A stretch of 32,216 nucleotides of DNA from Neovahlkampfia damariscottae (lineage: Eukaryota), in contig JABLTG010000200.1 of assembly GCA_016618085.1 (NCBI GenBank), positions 1 to 32,216 on the forward strand, given 5' to 3'. Both the position numbers and the translations under genes were made by a program. Shown in pieces: positions 9,071 through 22,300 of the stretch. The notes below the pieces were generated by a model. The model made no database searches. It was not told where the DNA came from and was given only the letters and a program-made list of their open reading frames with translations. Numbering within the stretch: the first letter of the stretch is position 1; each line of letters begins with the position of its first letter.

Positions 9071-9918
9071 ATGCTGATTGAATGCAACATTCCTTGTGAT
9101 TTAACTCAAGACATACCTGAAGAAATTTTAAACCACTTAGTAAATTTAAAACAACTTGGATATGATGGTGCAGTACTTAACCATATCATTGAAGAAAAAA
9201 AATTAAAAGATTTCAAAAAAATAAAACAAACATCTTTTGACTCGAATCTCTTCAAAAATACAAGAAATAAAATAACACCACTACGATTAAAAGATGATTT
9301 TGAAGATGATTTTCAATTTAAAATTTATAAAAGATTGACTGTAAAATTGTCAAAAGGTGATACTCTTGTAAAAAAAAAAAAATTTCACAAAAAAAAAAGG
9401 CTAAATTGTTCACTGGTCCATTTTATCAACAATTTGATATATTAGCAATTGAACCATTAAAACTTGATAATATACTTTTTATTGTTGACAAATTGAACAT
9501 TGATTTGATCTCCATTCCAACTGGTTTCGTTTTATCTCAAGTAGTTAATAAAATCAAAGAAGCATCAAGAAGAGGAATTCAATTTGAAATCATGTATGGA
9601 AATACTATAAATTCACTACCAGAATTTCAAAAATTTGGTTCACTTTTAAAAAATTACATGAGATTTTTGAATTCTAAATCATTGATTATTTCCAATGGAA
9701 CTACTGATTTTTCAACTTATAAATCTCCTCAAGATGTAATCAATATGTAATCAATTTTTAATATGTATTAATAATACTTTAGTCTTTTATTTTATGGTAT
9801 TCAATATCCAGTTTCTAAAAATGGTATTTCTGAAAATGTGAGAAATTCATTGATGCATGGAAAACAAAGAAGAACAGTGAAGGGTGCAATGGAAATTGAA
9901 AAAATGGAAATTGAATAA
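9071..9918 (+). CDS. RPP30: RNase P/MRP subunit p30-like (introns 9368-9399, 9747-9782)
   Basis: LKQLGYDGAVLNH, IYKRLTV, FDILAIEP, IDLISI, RGIQFEIMY, LIISNG and SPQDVINIL..G motifs. The GT-AG introns restore the frame. Confidence 0.75.
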
Positions 9919-9928
9919 AAAAATATGT

Positions 9929-12670
9929 TTATTTATATGATTTTAATAATTTCAAAATTTCTTCAAAAATAAAAACAGTTGAACCAACTCCAATTGTCAA
10001 CAACAAATCAAAGAGAGTCAAATACTCCGTTTCAAAAATATATCTCATAAAAGGAAGATAAATTAAACATAATTGACCTATAATACAACCTCCAACTGCG
10101 AATAAAAATGCTGTATTTGTGAAAAATCCAATTTGAAAAATTGATTTGTTTTCAGAACGACAATTCAATGCATTAAACATTTGATAAAAAACAAAGACAC
10201 AAAAAGTCATTGTTGTTTCTCTTGTTGTCATTTCAAATCCTTTTGCTTCTGTTAAAAATATGTAAAGACTTCCACTAATCATTATAATTGAATTCAAAAA
10301 AACAGAAATCAAAAGTTTTCGAGTGATGACTGAATCATTTGCATTTCTAGGTGGTTGATTCATTGTTTCTTTAGTAGCTGGTTCAACTCCCAAAGTTTGA
10401 GCAGGTGGACCATCCATAATGACATTAATCCAAAGAATTTGCATTGGATTCAAAGGAGGAGCATATCCTAGTACATTTGTAATTGCAATTAATGCAAGTG
10501 CTGAAATAGAAGTACTTAATTGAAATCTTAAAAAGTTTTTGATTCCATTGAAAATTGTTTTTCCTTCTTCAATTGCTGCCATGATTGTTGAAAAGTTATC
10601 ATCTAAAAGAACCATTTTTGAAGCTTCTTTACAAACATCTGTTCCAGATCCCATTGCAATTCCAATATCCGCTAATTTTACAGCAACAGCATCATTAACA
10701 CCATCACCTGTCATTGCCACAACATTTCCTGTTTTTTGAAGTGCGTCAACAATATGCATTTTATGTTTTGGTGACATTCTATAAAACACATTAGTCTGTC
10801 CAATTTTTGATAAAAATCCATCTTGTTGAATTTCATTTGGTGACATAGCCATTGGATATTCATTTGTTAAAATTCCTAAATCTTCAGCAATTGACATTGC
10901 TGTTAATTTTGAATCTCCAGTAATCATAATTGTTCTAACACCTGATTCTGATAATGTTTTGATATTTTCTTTGATACCAGCTCTTGGTGGATCAATCATT
11001 CCAACAAATCCACAAAATGTTAAATCATCTAATTCTTTTCCATATGCAAATCCTAAAACACGCATTGCTTTACTAGCAACTTTATTTGATTCTTTTTCAA
11101 CAATATCTGCTTCTGTACTTGTAAATTTTTTCAATTTATCATTATGATAAAAAGTTGTACATTTTGGTAAAATAGATTCAATAGCTCCTTTAACAAAAAA
11201 GTATTTTTCATTTGTTTCAATATTTTGACATTCCACAGACATCCATTTTGTTGTTGAACTAAAAGGAATTTCATGAATTCTTTTCCATTCATTTCTATGA
11301 TCAGGTAATCCTGCTTTAATATTTGTGTGAATTAAAGCAACTTCTGTTGGTTCTCCAATCACATTATGGTTTTCTAAATGAGCATTATTACATAAAACTG
11401 AAATTTCTAAAAGTTTAACCACATCATTTTCATCTTTAACTGAAATTCTTTTTTGATTTCTTTCAAAGGTACCCTGAAAATCTGATGATCCTTCAACATT
11501 AATAACATTTTCATCATGAAGTGTAAATATCTTTTTTACTGTCATTTGATTTTGTGTTAATGTTCCTGTTTTATCACAACATATAATAGTTGTACAACCA
11601 AGTGTTTCAACAGAAGGTAATTTTTTAACAATTGCTTTTCTAGAAGCCATTCTCATAACACCCATTGCTAAAGTAACAGTTGTAACGATTGGAAGTCCTT
11701 CTGGAATAGCAGCTACAGCCATAGCAACACCAATAACAAACATTTCAAACCATGATCTACCATTGAATACTCCAATAACAAAAATAACAGCAATAACAGC
11801 AATTGAAAAAATTGATAATTGTTTTCCTAAATCATCCATTGATTTTTGAAGCGGAGTTTTTTTATCTTCAGTTTCTCCTAATAATTTTGATACTGTTCCA
11901 ATTTGTGTTTTTACTCCAGTCGCAAAAACTATTCCTCTTCCATTTCCTGCTGTAACAAGTGAAGCCATATAAGCAACAGATATTCTTCCTTTAATATCAT
12001 CCTCTTCTTGGTTTGGTATAAAATCTATAGGTTCAATCTGTTTTTGAACTGGTGAAGATTCACCTGTTAATTCAGCTTCTGCAATTGTTAACTCAACTGC
12101 TTTTGTTAATCTTATATCTGCTGGAATTCTATCACCAACACTAAAAACAACAACATCACCTATTCATACTATTTAGAAAATATCATATCTTATACCTGGA
12201 ACTAATTCAGAAGCGTGAATAACTTCAACAATTCCTTCTCTAACTACGTGGCATTTATGAGTAACTATTTTTTTTAATGCATCAAGAGTTTGTTCTGATC
12301 TATATTCTTGTACAAAAGCCACAGTACAAACGATAACTATAGCTAAAGTGATACTAATTGCATCATCATATTGTTTGATAAGTATACTGATGAATGCGCT
12401 CGCTAATAATAATAAAACTAAAGGTTCTTGAAATTGACCAAGATATTTCATGACTAAACTTTCTTCTTCTTCTTCTTCAAGTTCATTTAAACCTACAATA
12501 TCTCTTCTACGATTTACTTCTTTCATTGTGAGTCCGTTTTGTGTTGATGTATCAAGTATTTTTTCTACTTGTTCGTAGGTCATTTCAGAAGCTTGTTTTG
12601 ACAACAAGGATAATTGTGCTTCTTCCATCTGTGTGTCGTTTATCTCAATTGTAACGGTTGAATTGTGCAT
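9929..12670 (-). CDS. PMR1: P2A-type secretory-pathway Ca2+/Mn2+-ATPase (intron 12160-12195)
   Basis: TGES, IPEGLP, DKTGTLT, GDGVND and the SPCA-type MQILWINVIMDGPPAQTLGVEP. A 36-nt intron joins the two ORFs. Confidence 0.92.
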
Positions 12671-13029
12671 ACAAAACGTGTTTACTTATGATTGGTAATT
12701 TAATTCTACACCAATCACCATAGAACAACTGTTTACCAATTTACCACAACACAATGATGTTTCCAACAATAGTTCCAATTTATTTTTAAACTAAGGGTTC
12801 AATTGAAACATTTAAAGATGAAAAATCAAGACAAAAAATTAACATTCAAAAATAATTTTCTCATCAAAACAAGTTAAAATCTTGAAATCAAACAAAACTA
12901 TCAAAAATAGAAAACGTAAATTCAAGTCTAAACCTCAGAAAGAATTATTTTTCAGTTCATATTTTTTTAAATTTAAACAACAAAATAAATTTCACACAAA
13001 AAACTATAAGGTTCAAATTTGATAAATTT

Positions 13030-13341
13030 TTGAACAAATTTTTACTTCACTTCCACAAAAAATTTCTTCCAACCAATAAACTCTACAGAACAATTTTTCG
13101 GTATAAACACAAAAATTCAAACATAATTTTTCCAATGGATACCAACAATAAAATACTGACGTTTGGTTCAATAATATATTCAAATATGATAAAAAAAAAC
13201 CAAAGCTCATCAAACCAAATTTTTTCCGAAACAGATTGTATTTTTATTTTTTCAGACAATTCAGAAGAATTTAAAAAAAATTTAGAAAAACAATTAACGA
13301 ATCCAAAATACTCCAATGTAATTGTAAATCATAAAGACTAA
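13030..13341 (+). CDS. Possible last exon of a small hypothetical protein
   Basis: Open frame ending tail-to-tail with the BTB gene. No recognisable motif; 5' structure unresolved. Confidence 0.25.
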   Translation: MNKFLLHFHKKFLPTNKLYRTIFRYKHKNSNIIFPMDTNNKILTFGSIIYSNMIKKNQSSSNQIFSETDCIFIFSDNSEEFKKNLEKQLTNPKYSNVIVNHKD

Positions 13342-13345
13342 CTTT

Positions 13346-14187
13346 TTATTTCAATAAAACATCACATAACTCTATAATTTTTTGGTCTTTTAATTTTTTA
13401 GCAATTTCTTGAATAAAAGGAGCATTTTGTTTTGTTAGATTACTTTTTATAATACTTTCCATTTCTAATTTTAATGATGAAAGTTGGAATTCATTTGAAA
13501 GAAACCAAATGGCTGGTAATTCTAAAGCATCTATTTCTAATTCACGACAATATATGTATTTTAATACTTTTAGCAACTCAGATTCTTTAATTTCATCAAA
13601 ATATAATACTTTTAACTCCTTTTCCCATTTATCTTTGAAATATTTACAAGAATTCATCAGGATAAAGGAATGACATGGTATAGATACATCTTTACCATCT
13701 CCTCTACATACTAAATATACATCTGACATGTCATTTTTACCTATTCAAAATTATTAATTGCCGGAAAAAAAAAACCCTGTCTCAAATTTTCAAATGCCCA
13801 TTTCATGTTGTCCAACCATGAAGATGGTGGAATTTTTATATTTTCCTGTGGATTTAAATATGATCTACATAACTGTGAAAGACGTTCTAATTTAAAATAC
13901 TCAGCTGCTTCTTTGACTTTCAATAAATGAAACGGATCTGTGTTTTGATTCCAACAAACTTTTTCTGTGCAGATATATTCCAATACTTCATTAAATACTT
14001 GAGGTTCAAAATATGTTCCTAACTTAATGAAAAGTTTTCCGTCTTTTGTTGTGATGGTAGTAGTTTCCAAATTTTCACTTGTTTCATCCACTGTCGTAAC
14101 TGTTGTTGGTGTAGTTTCAGGTGTTCCTTTGGATGATTCTACATCAGTTGCATCCGACAAATCAATTTTACTTGATACCTTTTGCAT
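13346..14187 (-). CDS. Tandem BTB/POZ-domain protein (intron 13741-13775; 5' end unresolved)
   Basis: FNEVLEYICTE...AEYFKLERLSQLC and SDVYLVC...IPCHSFILMNSCKYF...VLKYIYC...EFQLSSLK BTB signatures, joined by a 35-nt GT-AG intron. Confidence 0.8.
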
Positions 14188-15049
14188 CAATTAAAATTGT
14201 TGTCCAATAAAAAAGTTGTTTGAAAATTGGAGCACCTTCTTTTCCATTGAGAACATGCTTTAAAAGTGTTTTTTTCCTGAACCTTACTTCCAACAATAAT
14301 GAATTATTTTCTGTTATTTAATGTTCCAATGTTCCAATAATTTGATTTAAATGGTCTTCATAATCTTTTCTTGAATCATGTTGATGTTAGAAATGAGGAG
14401 GATGATTATATGAAAGGTGTTATTTTAGTTTTAAACTATTCAAAACAAGAAAAAATCTCAAAACAAAAAATTGTTAATTTTTTAAATCTTAACCGAAAAA
14501 CTTAAATGGATTTACAGATGGAACTCTCAAAGATAGTAGATACTTGAATCCTGATGAAGAAGAAGTATTGGTGGAAGAGATAAAAGAAATGGAAAAACAA
14601 TACAAATATTATGAATTTGAAGACCTTGAATTTAGAGTAAAAATAATAATAACATAAATTTGGAGCGATAATATCTCTTGATCATCAGTATTGCATTTTT
14701 CAAAAATCCGAATTTAAAATTTTTTGAGGAGTGTTTTTTTTTTTTCTTCTTCATCTTCTTCTTGAATTTCTTGTTCTTCTTGTTGTGGTTCTTCTTTTAT
14801 TTTTCTTCATGTTGTTGAATTTCTTCATCATCATCAACCAACACTTCTTCATCTGGAAACGTTGAATTAAATTTTTTATGTTGAATAAACTAAAAGAAAG
14901 TCCAACTTGCTACTACTTTTATGGACGGATAAAATGAATGAATTATTTTTATATTCAATATTGTATCATTGAATTTTGATTGTTTTCAGCAACCAATCAA
15001 ATACTTTTTTTTTATTCTCCTTTGTTGTCCGGAGAACAGAGACTTCAGC

Positions 15050-15615
15050 ATGGAAGATCAAAAATTTGATAAAGTAAAAGATGCAAATGCTAAGCGAAAG
15101 AGGACTACATCAACAATGTTGTATTTATTAGTAGGAAGTGGAACAGCACTTTATCTTGTTTTCATGTTGACATTTGTCCTCGGTTTAATTTTTTCATTTG
15201 TTCTTTTGATACCATATTACAAAGAATTTTCATATGTTGGCATCAATGAATGTTATTTAGAAAATGAAAGAGATTGTATTAACCCACCTCCTCTTGAGTC
15301 ATGTAGTTATTCATTAGTAGCTAAAACACCACAACTTGGAAATATCACAAAAAATATATTTCTGAAGAAGACTTCAGTCTATCAATTGCCTTGTAAGATT
15401 CAAAATTGTAAAGAAAAAAATTAATTTTTTTTTTGTTCAAAGGTTACTATGATGCCACGAATGTCATAGCGACACTAACATTATCAGAACCACAAAGAGG
15501 TCCTATTTATGGTTTCATTGTGGTTATGTTAATTTTAGCCATTATTTTCACAATATTTTTATTAATCTTCATGGTTATCACTGGAATGACTGGTTTTTAT
15601 TTTGTCTTTTTGTGA
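15050..15615 (+). CDS. Hypothetical two-TM membrane protein with a Cys-rich loop (intron 15408-15442)
   Basis: Two hydrophobic segments flank a loop with several Cys. Splicing yields ...PCKIQNCYYDAT. Confidence 0.65.
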
Positions 15616-15672
15616 TGCTCTCCTTTTAATAAATTATTTGTTTTCACAAAGGAAACTCTTTATTCTCAATAA

Positions 15673-16116
15673 TTATTTTTTGTTTTGTTCTACATACTTG
15701 AAAATTCCAAAACAATTTCCTTCCGAATCTTGATATTTTTTCATGCCAGGAGCAATTTCTACAATGAATTTACCTTCATGTTCTAATATTAATTCATGTG
15801 TTTTGTCCAAATCATCAGTGTAGTAGAAGGGTACAGTTGAAGAATTTTCTGAATTTGAATCTTTTTGAATAAAACCTCCTTGAGTTCCACAAGGGCTTTG
15901 AAATAGAAAATACCCAGGTACATTTGGATATTCAAAGAATTTCCAGTTGAAAACATCATGATAAAAATTTTGAAGTCTGTCTTTGTTTTGGTAGATGAAA
16001 TCAATGTGACAGAATGATCCATTTTTGAATTCTGGACGTTTTGGTACACATCTTGTTTCTGAGAGTTCAGATAAGTTCTTGTAGGTACGGGAGAGCAATT
16101 TTGTCGTTTTCTTCAT
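15673..16116 (-). CDS. VOC/glyoxalase-bleomycin resistance family protein
   Basis: GSFCHIDF...RLQNFYHDVFNWKF...GG...FYYTDDLDKT...GK...YQDSEGNCFGIF, preceded by a basic N-terminal extension. Confidence 0.8.
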   Translation of the reverse strand: MKKTTKLLSRTYKNLSELSETRCVPKRPEFKNGSFCHIDFIYQNKDRLQNFYHDVFNWKFFEYPNVPGYFLFQSPCGTQGGFIQKDSNSENSSTVPFYYTDDLDKTHELILEHEGKFIVEIAPGMKKYQDSEGNCFGIFKYVEQNKK

Positions 16117-16280
16117 GTTGAAGAATGATTGGTTGTCAATTTTTGTAGTTTTTCAGCATATTTGAAGTTGAATATTCATCTTCAAAATTTTCCGCGAAAG
16201 CAATCAAAAAAGGAAATTTCCTGTCATTTTTTTTCCAAACCAATCACAACATTCTTCAAAACTCCGCAGTTGAAACCGGA

Positions 16281-19200
16281 ATGGAGGAACTCTTGTATCT
16301 CAAAGAAAGCCATAAAACGATAACAAGTTTGAAATTAATAAACTTGACACATCCAAAACTGAAGAAAATAACGACTGCAAACAAAAAAATCATTTTATGT
16401 TTCATTAACAACATAAAATTAAATTTACCAACACTTCGACATCTAAGACAACTTTCTTACCGTTTACATTACGAATTAGTACTGATACATCTTGAAGAAG
16501 ATAATTTAAGCGAACAACATTTTATAACGACAACAATTCATGACAGAACCGGTGAAATATTTGATAAATACAACGTTGGTTATAATTATCAAAAAATGCA
16601 CAGGTTTACAAGTAACCAATATCTTTTTTTAATATTTTACAAAGACAATTTTGAAATGTACAGAAAAAGTGGTATTTTTATAATTATTTCGAATCAAATT
16701 CAGAATTTTAAGTTATACCCATTAAAAATAGAGTATTTTATCCATGTTTTATTTTTTAATTTTTTTGTTAAAGTTTACAGTTATTTCCAACTTTGATTAA
16801 ATTTGAAGATGAAATGGAGTTAAATTTAATTATGAATTCTGATTATTTTGTATCAAATGGATCATCTTCAAATGATACAGGATCAACAAATAATTCAACA
16901 GGAACATCTACAAGTACCTCAACATCCACTTCTAGTTCCACAACACGTGATAGAATCAATTCAACAATGTTGAATCCTTTTAAACTAAAAAAAAGACAAA
17001 CTGAAAGAAAATCATTAGATTTCAAATCTATTCTTAAAAATGATGATAAAAAAACAGAATTTAAAAATTATTTGGTTGAAATTTCTCAAGACAATTTGAA
17101 TAGATTTTTCTTTTTGGAGAGGTACGTTGAGTATAAAAAAATCATGAATATGGAAGAAAGAAAATTATTTGAATCAAAATTATACGAAGATTTTTTATCT
17201 GGGAATGGTATCTATCATTTAAATGATCTTCAAAATGATTTGTTAAAAAAAGTTGAAATGTCCTATCAAATTGATTCACCTTCAATCGGTTTAAAATTAA
17301 TTTACAAAGATATATTTGATAATATGAACTATTTATTTAAACAATTTTGGGGTTTAAAAGAAGGTCCAATTGTGGAAGATGAGTCACCACCAAAAACATT
17401 TGAAGATTTAATCAATAGAAATGAGACAAAGAAATTATTCTCTAGTTTTGTAATTCATCATTTTGGTAAGTATTATATTGAATGTTTTGATGATTTGATT
17501 GAATATAATGATAAGAAATCTCTTGAATTGTTGAAGAAAATTCAAAATTATTGTTTGATTACATCTGACGAGAATATCATACTAAATGCGAAATTTAGAT
17601 CAAAAATTGTAGATATAAATCAAAAATTTCGTGATAATTGGTATGATTTACTTTTTAAATTTGTGTTTGATATTTTATCCAATGAATATTATCCAAGATT
17701 TATTAATTCCAAATCATGGAAGAATTATTTAAATTTGAATTATTCAAAAGATAAAAAATTATTTGAAGATGTTTATATCATTAAAAAAATTGTCAAAGAA
17801 ACCGAATCATTCTTTGAAACCACACAAATATTAACAGTTCAAAATAAATTAACCAATGAAACATTCACTGGAAAAAGAGTATTTTTTGCAGCTACAAAAA
17901 ACTCAAATGAAAAGAAATTTCTAGATTTTGTTGAACATAAAAATATATTGAGTTTTATTGAATACTTTACAAATGATTCAACCAATCAATTCAATAAGAA
18001 ATCAACAACAATTATTACAACAAAGATTGACAAAAGTTTGAAGATTCTACTTGAGAAACAAAATGAAAAATTCACAAACAAAGTAAGATTTAATTATACT
18101 AACATCAAATTGAGGATATTGTTGAATATTTGAAACAAATGCTTTTGGCAATACGAGAATTCCACAAGAAATCAATTCATTTCAAATTTGGTGAATTGAC
18201 AGAAGAATCTATTTATTTATCTATTTATAATTCAATTCAAATCGATCCTGGAATCTATACTCCAAATATTTCAGAAGAAGAAAATTTAGAAAATTGTCCT
18301 CCTTATCTTGTACCACCAGAAAAAAAGATTTCATCAAAAAGTGATATATTCACCATTGGAATGATCATTTTTAGATTAATGACAATATATTCAAGTGAAG
18401 AAATGCAAAAAATTCATTTCGTTTCAAAGTTGATATCTTCCCCAAAATCTGAATCATCACCTAAAATTTTAAAGTCACCAAAAGAATCACCACAATCTAA
18501 ATCACCAATTTTTTCAACAAGAAACTCTCTAAGTAGTTTTTCAATTCAAACTTCATCATTATCAAAAAATGGAAGTATATTAGCATCTCCTAGAAGTAAT
18601 TCAGTATTACAATCACCTAGAACAATTTCATCTAAAAGAATTTCAAGTTTTTTTAGTAATGCTTTGAAAAAACCAAAAATTTATGATTACTATGAGAATA
18701 TCAAAAATTTATTCTCAGAATATCAAGATGAATCAATGTATGATGAAAAATTACTTCAAATCGTTTTGCAAATGATTGATTCAAATCCAGACTCTCGTCC
18801 TGATGTTGATGAATTATTGGAAAAATTATCAACCATTAAAATTTTACTTCGAACCATTTCAAAAAAGAAAAGTTCAAAATTTGAAGGATTGGATGATCAA
18901 TTGAAAAATTTAATTAAAAATGATAATCAAAGACCTTATTTGAAAGAGTTTTTGAGGACAGAATTTGCTGTGGAAACTATTTTATTTTTGGAAGATTGTA
19001 AACGATTCAGACAAGTTCATACAGATCAAGAAAGATTTGATAAAGCAGAAGAAATGTGTCAATCTTATATTCATGATAATTCACCTTTGGAAATTAATTT
19101 ATCAGCTGGCACAAAATTATGTTTTTTTAATGATTTTGAAGATGCAAAACATACTGGTATGATCAATAGTTTCTTATTTGACGATATGGAAGAACATGTT

Positions 19201-19287
19201 ATTGACACAATCATGGTTGATTCACTTCCGAGATTTGAAAAATCAGCAATTGGGAAAGAGTTATTTGAAAAAAACAATTCATTTTAA
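16281..19287 (+). CDS. Multi-domain signalling protein: degenerate thioredoxin/PRX-like N-terminus, RGS domains, kinase-like domain and C-terminal RGS (introns 16746-16780, 18083-18114)
   Basis: RGS motifs YLKEFLRTEFAVETILFLEDC...YIHDNSPLEINLS...DSLPRF and FKNYL...FFFLE / YYPRFINS. Kinase C-lobe SDIFTIGMIIFRL...DSRPDVDELL. Both introns restore the frame; the second contains TACTAAC. Confidence 0.8.
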
Positions 19288-19343
19288 ATAAGTTGAATTC
19301 TTGAATTTTTGTGTAAACAAATTGAGAATTCTTAGATAAAATT

Positions 19344-22300
19344 TTAATTTAAATAAATTTTAAATTGGTTAATATCTTCATCATCTTTTCCTTTAACCAT
19401 ATCAGAAATCTTTTCAAGACCTTCTTTTAATTTTTTTTCTTTTTTAAATTGAGTATCGAGTTTCACAAGACTTGAATGATTTGCAATTGTATCATAAAGA
19501 CCAACCAAAGCCTGAAATGAAATCCCTGCACATGATTTTGATAAATTTTCATAAGCAAGTTGAAAACTATCCAATAGTTTATTATTCACAATAAAAGTAA
19601 TCAAATTTTGAACACATTTATCATGAGATTTTACAACATCATCTGAAGGAACATTTCCACCAATTTTTGAAGTCTTTTTTTTATTTTCATCATCACCTTG
19701 ATTATTCTCTTCATTTTCATCATCACTTTCATCTTTTTGTAATAATACTTCATTTTTGTTTATTGGAAGATTAAAGATTTTACTAAAATAATGAATACTA
19801 TTTTTAGTAACAGTTGGATCATGTGATTCTCCAATTTGTTTAACAAAAGTTGTCAATAAATCTTTTTTGATTAAAGCATCTAATACTTTTTGTCCATAGA
19901 ATTTAAAAAGTTTGTAAAATAATTTCCAAGATACTCTATTGAATTCAACATCTTCTGCACTAATACAATATTTCATTAATTTTTCATAAAAATTTGGATA
20001 AGTCTCCCAAACACAATTCGCAAAATTTGGTATTTTCATAATATGAATTAAACATTTTAACATTGCAACTTTTGATTTATAAACTTTTGCTGAAGCATTA
20101 ACATCTTCATAAATAAAATCAAGTATTAATTGTAAATCTGTATCACAAATAGTCAATGATTTAACAAAATTTTGTGTGTATTCCATATCCATTGATTTTC
20201 TTTTATTCTTTTTATCATTGGATGATTTTGCAACACCTAAAAATCCTTTTGATATTTTTCCTAATATTTTTGATGTTGGTGAACTTGAATTTTGTGATAA
20301 ATTTTTTCTTTCAACTTTTTCATTAATCATATTAAAACAAAGTAAACATTTAAGAAAAGTAGCTAAAAAAATACATCCTTGAGTTGTTCCTTGATGCATT
20401 CTTTTTTGAAATCTTGTTTGAATAACTTCATTCAATATTTTTTTAAATGCATCAGATTCTAATAAACCATCAATGACAACACGAGTTGCATCATCTAATT
20501 CTCCTGTTACTTTAAGCATATCTTCTGAACTTAAGAAATCAAGAGCTAAAACTGAAATGAGTGCTGGATGTGAATCTAATGAAGATCTAGCTGCAGAAAT
20601 GACAATATCATCATAAACATTTTGACCATTTTTATAAGTTAAAGTTAATAAACGAATCCATAATTTAGTTCGAAGTTGTGGAAATATTCTAAGAACTGCT
20701 TTTTGAACATGACTATATTTTGATCTTGCCAATGTTCTTAAATTTGTAACTAATCCGATTTTTTCGTTGGTTAAAAATTGCTACATTAAAAAAAATGTTA
20801 AAAAAAAAAATTGACAAACTCCAATCATTGGATTTGTTGAAAGGAACATTAAAAAATTGAGAGTGAACATTCCAATTTCTGATATTTTTGATAATTTATG
20901 ACCTGCTATTTTCCAAAGAGTCTCTTGTAATAAAGCAGGATTCTTATCTAAAAAGTCATGAATATTTTGAATTAGAGTTGCAATTTGATCTAAAAGTAAT
21001 GGATAAACAAATTTAAATCCTTCTCTTGCATCATCTTCTTCATGTAATGATACACAAATCACATCTAAATAATAAAAAGTGAATAAACAATCAAAAAAGT
21101 TGAGTTCTTCTTTTGACATCATTGAATCAAGTAATGAACTCATTTCTTGATCATATCGATATAATGCACTTGGTACTTCACCATAAAATCTAACAGCCAA
21201 ACCAATTCTTCTTAAAACATCAAGATCTATTGAAAAACAATGTTTAGTGGTATTTTTTTTTTTTTACTTTTATCTTTAATTATTGTTTGTAATACATTTG
21301 CAGCTGGTTTAATCTTTAGAAAATTTCTAACATATAAAGAAACTTTTCCATGAATTAATTGATCAGCTGAATTATCAAAAAAGAATAATAAAGTTTGAAA
21401 ATATTCAAGAGAACAAGTTGCATTCATTAAATCAACATAAGTCTTTAAACTCTTTTTACCATTAAATTCATATAAAATTGGTTCTTTAAGTTTTAAATTT
21501 AACCATTGTGAAAAAGTATCAATATAAGCATTTGTCAAAAAAGGTTTTAAAAAAAGTTTTTGATGAATTTGTGAAGGATGTTGAATTGAAAAAAGTAAAG
21601 CTCTTAGAGTCTCTAATTTTGATTTATTCTCTTCTTTTGGTATAGCAGGAAAATATGTACTCAATAAAGGTGAATTACGATCTTGTGTGTTTATTTTAAC
21701 CAACAAAATTTGAATAAAATTTACATACTAAAAAAAATAGGTTATTGAAACCAACAAACTTACTCCATCTTTTTCAAGTGATAAAAAATGTAATTTTCCA
21801 ATTTCAAAAGAAGGTATGTTAAAGGTGACATTTTTTATATTTGGTTTACAATCATATGAAAGTGGTAATTCTTCTTTTACAAATTCATCTATCAGTTTTT
21901 GGTCTTGTTCAGAAGGTATGTATTTTGACATGTCATGAGGTACATAATACTTTCTTAAAGCTTTTTGATGATGTAAATCTTCAGCAAGAGCATAATGAAT
22001 ATGAACAGAGTTATCACGAACTGATTTTAAAGAACGTTCAGATCTTTGAATAGTAATCCAGTCTTTCATATCTTCAGGATCTAAATCAGGTTTAGCAAGT
22101 TTAGGTTCTGAATTTCCTAAGATTTTTTTATCTTCTGGTAACTTTCCATGTATCCTAAAAAGTATTTGTGTTAAATTATTTTTTTATTTTTTTTTTACGT
22201 TGGTCTTAATACACGATGGTATTTTCCATGTTTTGCAAAATATGTTTCTCTGATGTTTAACAGACCTGAAAATGTTTTTCTTAATTCTGTTTTTGTTTCT

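Noticed and set aside
16855..16945. Ser/Thr-rich repetitive stretch as a tandem repeat or array
   Set aside because: Ordinary low-complexity coding linker. No CRISPR-like repeat-spacer structure was seen here or elsewhere in the window.
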